Shown here: one piece after another, positions 50,490 to 63,697 of the stretch
Layout: each line of letters opens with the position of its first letter
Numbering within the stretch: position 1 is the first letter of the stretch
DNA from: Squalus acanthias
Lineage: Eukaryota
Assembly (NCBI GenBank): GCA_030390025.1
Contig: CM059432.1
Coordinates: 41,418,001-41,482,000, forward strand
Direction: 5' to 3'
DNA: 64,000 bases
Notes under the pieces: generated by a model
Told to the model about the DNA's origin: nothing
Database searches by the model: none
The model's input: only the letters and a program-made list of their open reading frames with translations
Position numbers and translations under genes: made by a program

Positions 50490-52198
50490 TGAAGGAGTTG
50501 CCTGATGTAGAGTTTCGCAATTATCGCGATTCAAAATAACATGAGAGAAGCAGATTCAATTGATCATTTTTATTAAACGAAATGCTGTCCTGATAATAAA
50601 GGACACAGAAGCCTGTAAAATGGCTGCCGCGCATCGTGGCAGAAGCTTCCAGAGACACAGTGGGCAGACAAGATGGCGTCGAATATACATTCAGTATGAG
50701 ATTGGATCATACTCGGTACACATTGATAAAGACAGGATGCAACCCGTTTGCATTTTGAACAATAGCAATGATATAAGTGCTGGAATCGTTTCCTACGCAC
50801 AGTAAGGATCATTGAACTGGGCCATCGAGAACCCATCTAGACACATCAATACACAAATACCCCCCCGGCTCAACAATGAGAGAGACATTGGCGGGTGATT
50901 AAGCCAGTATTCGGGGGGCCCCAAAACCAGTCGAGGAGACGATTCATACACATCCTGGCTGGCTCAACAATGGAGAAGGTATTAACAGATAGTTGGCCAG
51001 TTTCAGATGCTACCGAAACCCGTTAAGAAGATAATCGCCCCATGCTGGGAGTTTTGAGCGCCAAAATCACACAAAGGATAACATTTAGATTTGAGCGGGA
51101 GATAAGGCGGACAAAACGGTATAACTATAGAGGACAAATGTCCATCGGTCTCTTCCTGAACCCTGGCTTGACTTTTGGGCTCTTGATTCGCTCTCTTGCT
51201 TCCTGGCCTCTTCCTTGACTCTGGGCTCTGGATTCGTTTGATTCTCTTGACTCTCTGGATTTTGCTCTCTTGACTCGCTCGCTCGCTTCCTGGACTCTTT
51301 TGACTCTTGACTCTTAGCCGTGCTGGTCGGTTATTCGAGTGTTGGGTGGAGCTCAATCGGAACGAGCCGCCTCGACAAGGGCAAGTAACAGGGTACACCA
51401 TCCCGAGTGTCGGTAAACGGTGTCCGGACCCGGAGGCCCGAGTGACGAGAAGAAAGACGAGAAGAAATTCCACGTGCCGCCACGGTCAGTAAACCCCGAC
51501 CGCGCCCGAAAATATAACGACAGAACTCATCTTTGAATTCTACCGACTTCTACATGTACCGTTTCCTTTGAATTCTACGGATTACTGCACGATCCGGTTT
51601 GAGTCCATCGACTGCTTCATGACATCAGGGAGTCTGGCTTGCCTTTCGCGGCAGCGAGAGTAAACAAGTGGGGTGCAGAAACCCTTCCAAACACGTGACA
51701 GTCAGGCGCTGCAGCGAAATAAGCTGAGTGCCTCACTTTAAAATTTCCGAAGTAAGCCGAGTGGTGAGCATGTTTTCCGATCCTAGAAATCCAGACGTAG
51801 TTTAGGTATTGTTAAGGGAGGGTGGTTTTTTAATAAGGTTAAGGTATAATGTGTTCCCCTTTTTACAATGTGCCGTGTGTTCTCCATTTCCATAGACCAA
51901 GCTTTATGAACGTGTGTATACTTGTACTCTCTTTGATCTGCACCTATGACATGTATTTCATGATTTTAGACACCATGCAATAAAGATATTCATTTCGTGC
52001 TATTCAACCGGGTCTATTTGAGTTTTTCTCTGCATTACTGCTCCTTGCATCTAAGTCCAGGTGTCAGAACCGTAAGGGTGAGTGGGTCGAACCACTCACA
52101 GGTGCTTATTGCAAAAGGCTGGCCGGAGACCAGAGCAAGCAATAGTATAGGCAACGAAGGCCTAACCTCGCACCAGTACCGTTGACACGCCCCTTACA
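50490..52198 (+). mobile_element. Long (~1.7 kb) solo-LTR-like element
   Basis: tgaagg...ccttaca ends, (a)ctg on both flanks, CpG-rich interior, ctcttgact repeats 51160-51315, AATAAA ~51979; appears to interrupt an old MITE starting ~50435. Confidence 0.6.
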
Positions 52199-52542
52199 CT
52201 GAGGAAAGAGGTTCCTGCAATTTTTCCATCCCAGACCATTTGCAGGGTGCACATGCACTTCAGGTGCAGGCCTGTACTCTGGCAGGGCCTTGCACTAAGA
52301 ACCAGCAGGCAAAATAAGAGCATAACAGGGCTAGAAGTCCTGTGGAGAGGGGAATTCCAGAAAAATGTCAACGTGCTTTCTCTTTCAAAGTGTCTTCAGT
52401 CTTCCCTGCAGACTGGAAAGACTCTGGGGGTCCCAACACAAGCCTCGATATATAGTTTATTTGGACGTCCCTCTGCTGGGACACTCATGGACTAATGAAT
52501 AAGAAGGGAAGGCAGGAAGCCAGGAACACCTCCTCGCCTTTA

Positions 52543-54790
52543 GGAATATAGGAACAGGAGTAGGCCATTTAGCCCCTCAAGCCTGTTCCACAATTCAATG
52601 AGATCATAGCTGATCTACGACCTAACTCCATATACCTGCCTTTTCCCTTAATACCTTTGGTTAACAAAAATCTATCAATCTCCGATTTAAAATTAACAAT
52701 TTCTCTAGCATCAACTGCCATTTGCAGAAGAGAGTTCCAAACTTCTACCACCCTTTGTGTGTAGAAGTGTTTCCTAATTTCACTCCTGAAAGGTCTGGCT
52801 CTAATTTTTAGACTATGCCCCCAGTCCTAGAATCCCCAACCAGCAGAAATAGTTTCTCTCTGTCTACCCTATCTGTTCCCCTTAATGTTCGGAAAACTTC
52901 TAAATTCCAGGGAATACAACCCTAGTTTGTGTAATCTCTCCTCGTAATTTAACCCTTGGAGTCCAGGTATCATTCTGGTAAACCTACGCTGCACTCCCTC
53001 CAAGGCAAGTATATCCTTCCTAAGGTGTGGTGCCCAGAACTGCTTAAAGTACTCCAGGTGTGGTCTAACCAGGGCTTTCTATAGCTGAAACACGACTTCT
53101 ACCCCCTAGTATTCTAGTCCTCTAGATATAACGGCCAGCATTCCATTAGCCTTTTTGATTATTTTCTGTACCTGTTCATGACATTTTAATGATCTATGTA
53201 CCTAGACCCCCAAGACTCATTGCACCTTCACTGTTTTTAGCTTTTCACCATTTAGAAAGTACCCTGCTCTATCCTTTTTAGGTCCAAAGTGGATGACCTC
53301 ATATTTGCCTATATTGAAATACATTTGCCACAGTTTTGTCCATTCACTTAATCTATCAATATCCCTTTGTAATTTTATGCTTTCATCTACACTGCCCACA
53401 ATACCGTCTATCTTTGTGTCATTGACAAATTTGGATATGTGGCTTTCTATCCCATCATTAATAATTATGGTGAATAGTTGAGGCCCCAACACAGATCCCT
53501 GCGGGACACCACTAGTAACATCCTGCCAATTAGAGGACCTACCCATTATCCCTACTCTTTGTCTCCTGCCGCTCAGCCAATTTCCTAATCAGGTCAATAT
53601 TTTGCCTTTAATTCCCTGGGTTTCAACTTTAGTTAATAGTCTCTTATGTGGGACTTTATCAAATGCCTTCTGGAAATCCATATAAATAACATCCACAGAC
53701 ATTCCCCTGTTCACTACTTCAAAAAATGTAATCAGATTCGTCAGGCATGACCTACCTTTCACAAAACCATGCTGGCTCTCTCTGATCAGCTGAAAATTTT
53801 CAATGTGTTAAGTCACCCTATCATTAATTATAGAGTCTAGTAATTTTCCGACAACAGATGTTAGGCTAACTGGTCTATCATTCCTTGGTTTCCCTCTCTC
53901 ATCATTCTTAAAAAGCGGAGTGGCATGCGCAATTTTCCAATCTAAAGGAATGGTTCCTGAATCGAGAGAACTTTGGAAGATTATAGTTAGGGCATTTGCA
54001 ATGTTCTCACCTACTTCCTTTAAAACCCTGGGATGGAAACAATTTGGCCCTTGGGGATTTGTCACTCTTTAGTGCCATTATTTTCTTCATTACTGTTATT
54101 TTACTTACATTCATTTTGGTGAATCCCTGTCCCTGATTTAATATTAGTTTCCTGGGATTTCCGGCTTGCTGACCTCTTCTTCTACTGTAAATACTGATGT
54201 AAAGTAATTATTCAACAAGTCCGCCATTTCCTTATTTTCATTGACATTATTACCGTTATCACTTTTCAAGGGGCCAACATTGATCCTGACCACCCTCTTT
54301 TTCCTAATATAATTGTAAACATTTTTTGTGTTGATCTTGATATCCCTTGAAAGTTTCTTTTCATACTCCCCTTTTTGTAGCTCTTACTATCTGTTTTGTC
54401 ACCCTTTGCTGTTCTTTGTATCTTTCCCATTCTCCAGGATCTGTGCTATTTTTTACATTTTTGTATGCTTTTTCTTTTAGTTTTATGTTGTTTCTTACCT
54501 CTTTAGTCATCCATGGCTATATTTTTTGGAAAGTAGAGCTCTTACCCCTTAGGGGTATAAACTGGTTCTATATCACATTAAATTATTTTTTGAACACCTC
54601 TCTTCTGTCATTTTAACCATTAACAGATTTGCCCAGTTTACTGTGGACAGTCTCTGTCTCATCGCATTGAAGTCAGCCTTACCTAAATCTTGAATCTTAG
54701 TAGTTATTTCGCGTTTTTCCCTTTCAAACACTACGTTGAACTCGATCGCTGTTAGATAAATGTTCACGCACCGTTAAGCCTTTGCCTTCT
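52543..54790 (-). mobile_element. CR1 LINE, decayed ORF2 and 3'UTR
   Basis: [33 protein letters not shown]. Confidence 0.9.
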
Positions 54791-56240
54791 TAACGCTGTG
54801 CCAGCAGTTAGTCCAGTCGTAAGCCCAGTGACACATTATTGGGGATGGCAAAAATTCCTAAGGCAGCGTAAAGGGGGCCTAATCCTGATGGAACAGACCT
54901 TACCCCTGTTTCCTCTTCACTGTGTTTGGGAACTGAACATTCTACAGGTTCTGCGAAGAGGAGATTCTCCCCTCACATATCAGGAAAACCTTTTCTTCTT
55001 GTGAATTTGTCCTGGGAAATACATTTTGGGTGCCCACTATCAACATTAGATACTCCCATGATAACTATAGTGCAGATAGATGCAAAATAAACCTCACTCT
55101 GCCTCACCTCCAAGTGACATTTTTGTTTTTAGGCATTCTGTAACTTCTCTGAATGTCCTGACTAATTCAGATCAAATTTCAGGGCAGTGGACCAATTTTG
55201 CACCAAACTTCATGCTTGACACAGTCTGCTAGGAACTGGACAGAGGCTGTCCAAGCTGCTAGGATCCTTACAGCCTAAAGACATAGGCAACTATCATCTC
55301 ATCATTATGGGTTGGATCACAGAATGATACGGCGCAGAAGGAGGCCATTTGGCCCATCTTTGCTAGAGCTATCCAATTAATCCCAATCCCCTGCTCTTTC
55401 CCCATAGCCCTGTACATTTTTCCCTTCAAGTATTTATCCAATTCTCTTTTGAATGTTACTATTGAATCTGCTTCCACCACCCTTTCAGGCAGTGCATTCC
55501 AGATCACAACAACTTGCTGTGTAAAAAAATGTTTCCGCATGTCACCTCTGGTTCTTTTGCCAATCACCTTAAATCTATGTCCTTTGGTTACTGACCCTCT
55601 GCCACTGGAAACAGTTTCTCCTTATTTACTCCATCAAAACCGTTCATGATTTTGAACACCTCTATCAAATCTCCTCTTAACCTTCTCTGCTCTAAGGAGA
55701 ACAGCCCCAGCTTTTCCAATCTCTCTACATAACTGAAGTTCCTCATTGCTGGTACCAGACCAGCAAATCTCTTCTGCACCCTCTCCAAGGCTTTGACATA
55801 ATTCCTAAAGTGTGGTGCCCAGAATTTAACACAATACTTCAGCTGATGCCTAACCAGTGTTTTATAAAAGTTTATCATAACTTCCTTGCCTTTGTCTCTC
55901 CTCATTCTTCCGACCAAAATCTAACACTTCTCTGCTTTAAATTTCATCTGCCATGCGTCTGCCTATTTTACCAGTCCTCCTGAAGTCTGTTACTAACCTC
56001 CTCATTGTTTACTATATATCCGAGTTTCATATCATCTACAAACTTTGAAATTATGCCCTGTATGCCAAAGTCCAGGTCAATAATATATAGCAAAAAGAAC
56101 CGTAGTCTAATACTGACCACTGGGGAACACCACTGTATACTTCCCTCCTGTCTGAAAATCAAGCTGTATCTTAGCCAATTTTGCATCTATGCTGCGACTG
56201 TCCCTTTAATCCCATGGGCTTTAATTTTGCTAACAGGTTT

Positions 56241-56469
56241 TGACATGAATCTTGTCATTCATGTAGAAATGACTTATGAAGTAATACTGGGTGGCCTGCT
56301 GGTGGCGCTGTCTAGGGAGAGTATAAATACTCGGGCATGGGCCCAGCTTGCTCAGGACATTCCTTAACAGGAACTAGTGAAGGACACAACTAGATCTCCA
56401 TGTTGAAAAACAGTTGATAAAAGCTTTGTTTAATGCTTAGACCAAGTGCCTAGTAGTTTTCTTACGTCA
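56241..56469 (+). mobile_element. Small solo-LTR-like element, 229 bp
   Basis: Same family as 47746-47971; 5-bp TSD GGTTT. Confidence 0.85.
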
Positions 56470-56641
56470 GGTTTATTATGTGGTACTTTGTCAAGTCCAT
56501 ATACACAACATCAATCCTCTCGATTACTTTATCAAAGAACTTGATCAAGTTAGTCAAACACGATTTTCCTTTAATAAATACGTTAATTAACAAATTAGCC
56601 CATACTTTTCCAAATGGCAATTAATTTTGTCCCAGATTATT

Positions 56642-57384
56642 GGGCCAAAAATTCATCCCGCGACGCGAGAGTACGCATTGCGTACTCTCGCGTATTCTCT
56701 CTCCAATTGCCGGTTTTCTGCATGCCCTGCGCATGCGCTGAAAACCGGCACTTGGTCTTATGAAAAGGGGGCGGTTCCTCGGTGCATCGCGTGCGCGCTA
56801 CAGGCTGCGCGCACGCTGTGCACTTCGTGCTTTGGACGTGCAGGTAAGTACGGAAGATTTTAGAAATGGAAAAAGGAGGAGTAAGACCCACTTTTAACAA
56901 GGTAAGTAGTGAATTAAGTATTTTTTTGAATTTTTTTTAACAGGTATATCTTTTTTAGAGACTTTAAAGACAGGTAAGTTTATTTTTATAACTTTTTAAA
57001 AGATTTTAAATTTTTTCAAAAATTTAATTTTTTATTTAAAATGGTTAATTTATTTAACTATACTTATTTTATTAATGTGATGGTTTTTTTTAAAATTTAA
57101 TTGAGGTTTAGCTGTTATTTTGGGGGGGTGTAAGATTCATAGATTTCACAGCACGTATGTGAAACTTATGAATGGAAGATGGTGTGCTGCCATTGGCTCT
57201 AACTGAGTTACGTGATCCCACAGCTCGCACGAATTCACTACGCCGGTGGGATACGCAAGCACTGCCCAGCTGATGTCTGGAACATCAAGTTCGTGCGAGC
57301 TGGATCTGAAAAAGCACACGCGGAGTGAGAGATCGCGGGGAAGCCTTACCCCCGCGGGAACAGAGTGAGATCAATTTCTGGGCC
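56642..57384 (-). mobile_element. Harbinger-type MITE family A, copy 3 (more diverged, inverted)
   Basis: TIR gggccaaaaatt / aatttctgggcc, TSD ATT. Confidence 0.88.
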
Positions 57385-57684
57385 ATTATCTCTAAAAGTT
57401 TCCCCACCACCGACGTTAGGCTGACGGGGCTGTTGCTGCCAGATTTATCCCTCTCCCCTTTTTTAAACAGGGGTGTAACATTTGCAATCCTCCAGTCCTC
57501 TGGCACCACTCCCATATCCAAGGAGGATTGGAAGATTGTGGCCAGAGCCTCAACAATTTCCACCCTTAATTCCCTCAGTAATCAAGATGCATCCCAGCCC
57601 GTGTGACTTTTCTATTTTGAGGACTGCCAAACTTTTAAGTACATCCTCTTTATCTATTTTTTATCCTATCCAATATCGCTACTG

Positions 57685-59331
57685 AAAGAAATTAGTATTA
57701 GTAAAAAAGTAGTACTGGAGAAATTAATGGGACTGAACGCCGATAAATCCCCTGGACCTGATGGTCTACATCCTAGGATTTTGAAAGCGGTGGCTATAGT
57801 GATAGTGGATGCATTGGTTGTCATTTTCTAAAATTCCATAGATTCTAGAATAGTTTCCGGAGATTGGAAGGTAGCAAATGTAACCCCACTATTTAAGAAA
57901 GGAGGGTGAAAGAAAATGGGGAACTACAGACCAGATAGCCTGACATCAGTAGTAGGGAAAATGCTAGAATCTATTATTAAGGACATGGTAACAGGGCACT
58001 TAGAAAATAATAATAGGATTGGGCAGAGTCAACACAGATTTATGAAAGGGAAATTGTGTTTGACAAATCTGTTAGAGTTTTTTGAGGTTGTAACTAGCAG
58101 AATAGATAAGGGGGAACCAGTGGATGTGGTGTATTTGGATTTTCAGAAGGCATTCAATAAGGTGCCACACAAGAGGTTATTAAACAAAATTAGGGCTCAT
58201 GGGATTGGGGGTAATATACTAGCATGGATTGAGGATTGGTTAACGGACAGAAAACAGAAAGTAGGAATAAACGGGTCATTTCCGGGTTGGCAGGCTGTAA
58301 CTAGTGGGGTACCGTAAGGATCAGTGCTTGGGTCTCAGCTATTCACAACCTACATCAATGATTTGGATGAGGGGACCAAATGTAATATATCCAAGTTTGC
58401 TGATGATACAAAGCTGGGTGGGAATGTATGTTGTGAAGAGGATGCAAGGAGACTTCAAGGGGATATAGACAGGCTAATTGAGTGGGCAAGAACATGACAA
58501 ATGGAATATAATGTGGAGAAATGTGAAGTTATCCACTTTGGTAGTAAAAATAGAAAAGCAGTGTATTTTTTAAATGGCGAGAGATTGGGAAATGTTGGTG
58601 TTCAGAGGGACCTGGGTGTCCTTGTACACGAATCACTGAAAGTTAACATGCAGGTACAGCAAGCAATTAGGAAAGCAAATGGTATGTTGGCCTTTATTAC
58701 AAGAGGATTTGAGTATAAGAGTAAAGACGTCTTACTGTAATTATATAGGGCCCTGGTGAGACCACACCTGGAGTATTGTGTACAGTTTTGGTCTCCTTAC
58801 CTAAGGAAGGATATACTTGCCATAGAGGGAGTGCAACAAAGGTTCACCAGACTGGTTCCTGGGATAGGGGGATTGTTCTATGAGGACAGATTGAGTAGAC
58901 TGGGCCTATATTCTCTAGAGTTTAGAAGAATGAGAGGTGATCTCATTGAAACATGCAAAATTTTTACAGGGCTTGACAGGGTAGATGCAGGGAGGAATTT
59001 CTCCCTGGCTGGGCAGTCTAGAACCAGGGGGTCACAGTCTCAGAATAAGGGGTCGGCCATTTAGGACTGCGATGAGGAGAAATTTCTTCACTCAGAGGGT
59101 GGTGAATCTTTGAAATTCTCTACCCCAGAGGGCTGTGGAGGCTCAGTCGTTGAGTATATTCAAGACAGAGATCGATAGATTTTTGAATATTAAGGGAATC
59201 AAGGGATATGGGGATAGTTCAGGAAAGTGGAGATGAGGTAGAAGATCAGCCATGATCTTATTGAATGGCGGAGCAGGCTCGAAAGGCCAATTGGCCTACT
59301 CCAGCTCCTATTTCTTATGTTCTTATGTTCT
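57685..59331 (+). mobile_element. CR1 LINE, 5'-truncated, relatively young
   Basis: Colinear RT domain with point stops ([21 protein letters not shown]); (ttcttatg)n tail; TACTG on both flanks. Confidence 0.93.
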
Positions 59332-60286
59332 TACTGCTTCCTCCTTTACTGCTACATTGGCAACATCCTCTTCTCTAATGAAAACAGAGCAAAGTACTTA
59401 TTTAGACCCTCAGTCATGCCCTCTGCCTCCACAAGAAGATCTCCTTTTGGTCCTTAGTTGGCCCCACCCTTCCTTTGACTACCCTTTTACTACTTATGTG
59501 TTTATAGATTGGTGCCTCACCCACTGCATCACCTAGCTCCTATAATTCTGTTGTTTGATGTAAAGCTACATGTCAAAACTCAGTGGTCAAATTGGTTTGG
59601 GTAATATCAAAATTGCTCATTTGTAATAATAAACTATTCATGATAAAATCTGAACCGGAAAGCTCAAACTTAAAAAATATCGCCCATACTTGGTTAAAAA
59701 ATAAACAGTTGCATAAAGTGCTGCTAAAAAGATCAACAGTTGCTTTCTCACACCCCGTGTTGAGAAACGTCTCAGCTTGTGTAAACAGCAGATGTTTGCT
59801 CTTTATATTTGATATTCCTCAGCTGCTACTATTCACAAACTAATACACGGCTAATTTTCAACCAATCATGATCAGGGCTCCTATCTGGAATGGTTGCTCA
59901 TGAGCGGAGAATTCCCTAACTAATGTGCTTTTGGAAATGACAGTAACCGTATTGCTGCACAATATAAAATTGTGCTGGTGCTGCAGGTCTGATCAGAGAT
60001 TTTTAAACATTGCTCTTCAAGTCTGTATAGCAGGGTTGAATTGGGGAGTCTGCCAAGTTATGATCTGTACGGCATAGATTTCCCGCTCGTTCATGTGCTG
60101 AATAATAATGCAATTATCAGTTTACAGGCTTGTGAAAAATTCCACTTTTGATGGTATACTTCACAATTATATTTGCATTTTCCCATTTTTGATAATTTCA
60201 TTTATAGGGACCTAAAACGTGATGTGCAGTGGTAGTGGCACTGCTGCATATTGGACAATGATGCCTCATAGTATCAGGTTTTGAGT

Positions 60287-60667
60287 GGGGTTGCCAAACC
60301 TCCAAGATTAGCCTGGAGTCTTCAGGAATTAAAGATCAATCTCCAGGACACTCTGTGAACAACCCTGAAGAAAAATCACAGGGGCATTAAACAAATTGTG
60401 TCTTTTTTCATTTTCTTTGAACACTTCTATTTTTTTAGTTATAAAAATATTGGACTTGGGAGAAAAAAGCTGGTTCACTGACAGTCAAGAATCATCCAAT
60501 TGGTAATGAAGAGTATTTTCGCTTTCCAATTAGCATGGGAAGGCGGTGCAGCGAGAGGATGGTCATGTTGGGTTGCCAATGGTGGGAGCATGGGGGCAGG
60601 TCAATTGGAGGCAGGAGGTCATGCAAGGAAACCTCCAGGAATACATTCAACCAGAGTTGGCAACCTT
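60287..60667. mobile_element. Non-autonomous DNA transposon with GGGTTGCCAA-type TIR
   Basis: ggggttgccaa / ttggcaacctt ends, AGT on both flanks. Confidence 0.65.
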
Positions 60668-60779
60668 AGTGTTGAGGCTTGGGGCCTGCTCAGTGCCTGG
60701 AGTGCATAATGCTGTATAATCTGTTGAGAGTCAGTGCAAATGTTGTGCATGAGGTCCATTAAGGCCCCCAAAAATATGT

Positions 60780-61170
60780 TAATAGGGCATATAGAGACAT
60801 GAATAGGTTAGTGGAATGGGCAGTCCGATGGCAGATGCAATATAATATGGATAAGTGTGATGCAATACATTTTAGGGGAAAAAACGAGGAATGGGCGTGT
60901 ACACGCATTGGAAAGATGCTGAAGGGTGAGGATGAACAGTGAGTCCTAGGGGTTGAAGTATATTATTTCCTGAAAGTGCTAGTGCAGGTAGATAAAGCCA
61001 TAAAAGAGGCCAATAGCATTTTGGATTTTATAAATAGGGGCATAGAGTATGACTAAAGAAGTAATGATGAATATATACAAAACACTGGAGTAATGTGTGT
61101 AGTTTTGGGTGCCCCCTTAAAGAAAGAACTGTAAAGCCATAGGGAGCATATAGTATAGATTCATCAGGAC
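60780..61170 (+). mobile_element. Old CR1 fragment; ~100 bp of it recurs at 61421-61525
   Basis: WQMQYNMDKCDAIHF resembles the CR1 WQMEYNVEKCEVIHF motif. Confidence 0.65.
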
Positions 61171-61529
61171 TTGCCTCCACATGGTGTACCAGCTTGCCAG
61201 TGTATTCCCAGGCTGGGAGTTTCCTCATCCCCAGCCTGGGAGTCCCCCTTCCAACACAGGGGACCATGTTTGTGGAGGACAGAGGCTTTGTGAAAACTGC
61301 TGAAAAAGGCCAGAAGATCATATGGGAGCAGAGGTGCATTAACACATGGGCCTCCGGGACCTGTACATAGCCAAATATGGGCCCCCCAGTAAAGCTCACC
61401 ATTTCATTATTAACTAAATAATGGCAGATGTAATATAATATGGATAAGTGTGATGAAATACATTTTAGGGGGAAAAATGAGAAATGGGCATATACACTCA
61501 TTGGAAAGATGCTGAAGGGTATGGATCAG

Positions 61530-61980
61530 ACTCAGTGGGTAGCACTCTCACCTCTGAGTCAGAAGGTTATGGGTTCAAGTCCCACTCCAGGTACTTGAGC
61601 ACAAAAATTTAGGCTGACACTCTAGTGGAGTGCTGCCCTATCAGAGATGCCGTTTTTCAGACAAGACGTTAAACTGAGGCCCTGTCTACTCTTTCAGGTG
61701 GACGTAAAAGATCCCATGGCACTATTTCGAACAAGAGCAAGGGAGTTATCCACGGTGTCCTGGCTAATATTTATCCCTCAATCAACATAGCAAAAACAGA
61801 TTATCTGGTCATTATCACATTGCTGTTTGTGGGAGCTTGCTGTGCGCAATTGGCTGCTGCATTTCCTACAATACAACAGTGACTACACTTCAAAAAGTGC
61901 TTAATTGGCTGTAAAGTGCTTTGGGATGTCCTGAGGTCGTGAAAGGTGCTATATAAATGCAAGTCTTTCTTTTTTTTCTA
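61530..61980 (+). mobile_element. Deu-domain SINE (SacSINE1-like), near full length
   Basis: Box B gggttcaagtcc, central domain, tail aaaggtgctatataaatgcaagt similar to the L2 tail at ~36203-36225. Confidence 0.85.
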
Positions 61981-63697
61981 TAAAACCCGCTAAGAATTAT
62001 GTAATATAATAAATGACTATATAATATTTAATTATTCTCCTACCAGCACTGAAATAAAAGAAGCATTTTAAGTTAAATAACTCAAAGCAATGAAATACCT
62101 TCTTTCTACTCTGAGCTAAAGTGAGGATGCCGGTCTCCTGTGGAAATAAAATGGATATTGGGGAGGGGGTTGAGCGGGAGTGCCCAGGCCCAAAGGATTC
62201 TTAATCTGGCTCCTTTGGGAGCAGAGTCTTGGCAGTGGAAGCAGCATCCAAATGAAAGACAGAGCAATGTGGTCTGGAGCAGGCAGCTTTAACTTGTAAA
62301 TTGAAGTTGTAATTAGGAGGCAGGGAAAACAGACAGCGATGGTGAAGAATGGAGTTGCAGAGGGGTAAAGCTCAGCACCTCAGGTGCCACCTTGTGGAAA
62401 AAACACGTATGGTACCAAAGGAGCAAGACTCTTGGTGCAGAGACACCAGGACCACATTATTGGCTCAATCTATAATATATGAAATTTGCGAGGCTTGCTG
62501 CGCACTCCTTATTCGGGCATCTCCACTGTGACCCACTGTCAGTCCTGCAGCTACAAACTTCTACCATTAGATGGAGCTTCATATCCTAGTCACACCTATA
62601 CCTACAGCAGCATTGTTCAGACAGCTTCACAACTCCAGGACACAGCCAACATTCCGAACCTTACTCCTGGCTAACAGTATGTTTGGGACAAGTAACTACT
62701 CACCATTTTCTCCTTCCGTTGCTTCAATTTCCCCCTCTAAATTTTTTAAGTAAATGATTCATGAAAATTTCCTCAGCGTTTTTCCATAGGCTGTTCCTGC
62801 ACGATACCCATTTTCTAGGTTCCAAGGTTTTCTGCTCCTTCTTAAAAATGTTTTCCCCACCATGATAACCTATCCTTAAGCTTTCCTGACTGTTGTTGGC
62901 AGCCTGTCAGATTTTCCGTTTTTACAGCTGGGTTTTGATGACTTTTTTTGTGTTTGTGGGATGAGGGGTTGTTGGGGTGGTGGGGGAAAGGTTATGGTTT
63001 CATGCACCTTTGCTGAATTTTGTGCCATGTATTAATTGCTAGCAGAAAATTGTACAATGACATCCTTTCACACATGCCCCCTTGTCCCCCTACCCACACA
63101 CCTTAGTTTGATGACAACTTGAACATCGAGCCAAGCATTGTCTGGCCTACACATCCTTACTCGTTTTCCTCGGCCTATTTTTGCCAGCTCATGAAAGAAG
63201 ATAGCACTGATAGTATCACATTAATAATGTGAAATCAAACATTGGTTTAAAAAACCTCTTGCACTGCAGTGATGGCAAATTATTGTTTCGTGACCCAAGA
63301 AAGTCAAGTTAAACAGAAGAGCCTCACATTGTTGCCGGCTTAATATTGTTACCGTATCAAAGTATCTGAGTTTATTTTGAGATTTAATTAAGTTTCAAAT
63401 GTAGTTCATCCAAGATATGGTTAACACCAGGGAGCATGCTGCGATGGGAGCCTAGAGAACACCTCCGTGCAGATCAGGGAGGCCTATACAAAGAAATGCA
63501 TGGTGTATTTTAACCTGCATATGGACTAGGAGAGAAATAGCAGCATAAGCAAAGAATAGAGAGCCGAAATTCTTTGGTCCTCTACCCTACAATCCTGCCA
63601 TAACACGGGTGGGATGGGACTGACTGGATTGCTCTACAGAGAGCCGGCATGGACTCGATGGGCCGAATGGCCTCCTTCTGTGCCGTTATGACTCTAT

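Larger units (their letters stand above)
55310..59505 (-). mobile_element. CR1 LINE (-) hosting three nested insertions (56241, 56642, 57685)
   Basis: CR1 ORF2 pieces at 55268-55917, 55968-56186, 57385-57680 and continuation after 59332. Confidence 0.85.

Noticed and set aside
51160..51315. CRISPR-like array (also 19450-19660)
   Set aside because: Short degenerate tandem units without unique spacers, inside LTR-like elements in eukaryotic DNA
47746..56469. A full LTR retrotransposon bounded by the two small LTR-like copies
   Set aside because: Each copy has its own different TSD and sits in a different CR1; no gag/pol, PBS or PPT seen between them
60828..61525. ~100-bp repeat pair as a regulatory repeat
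   Set aside because: Both copies are CR1 ORF2 sequence; most simply a local duplication or two fragments
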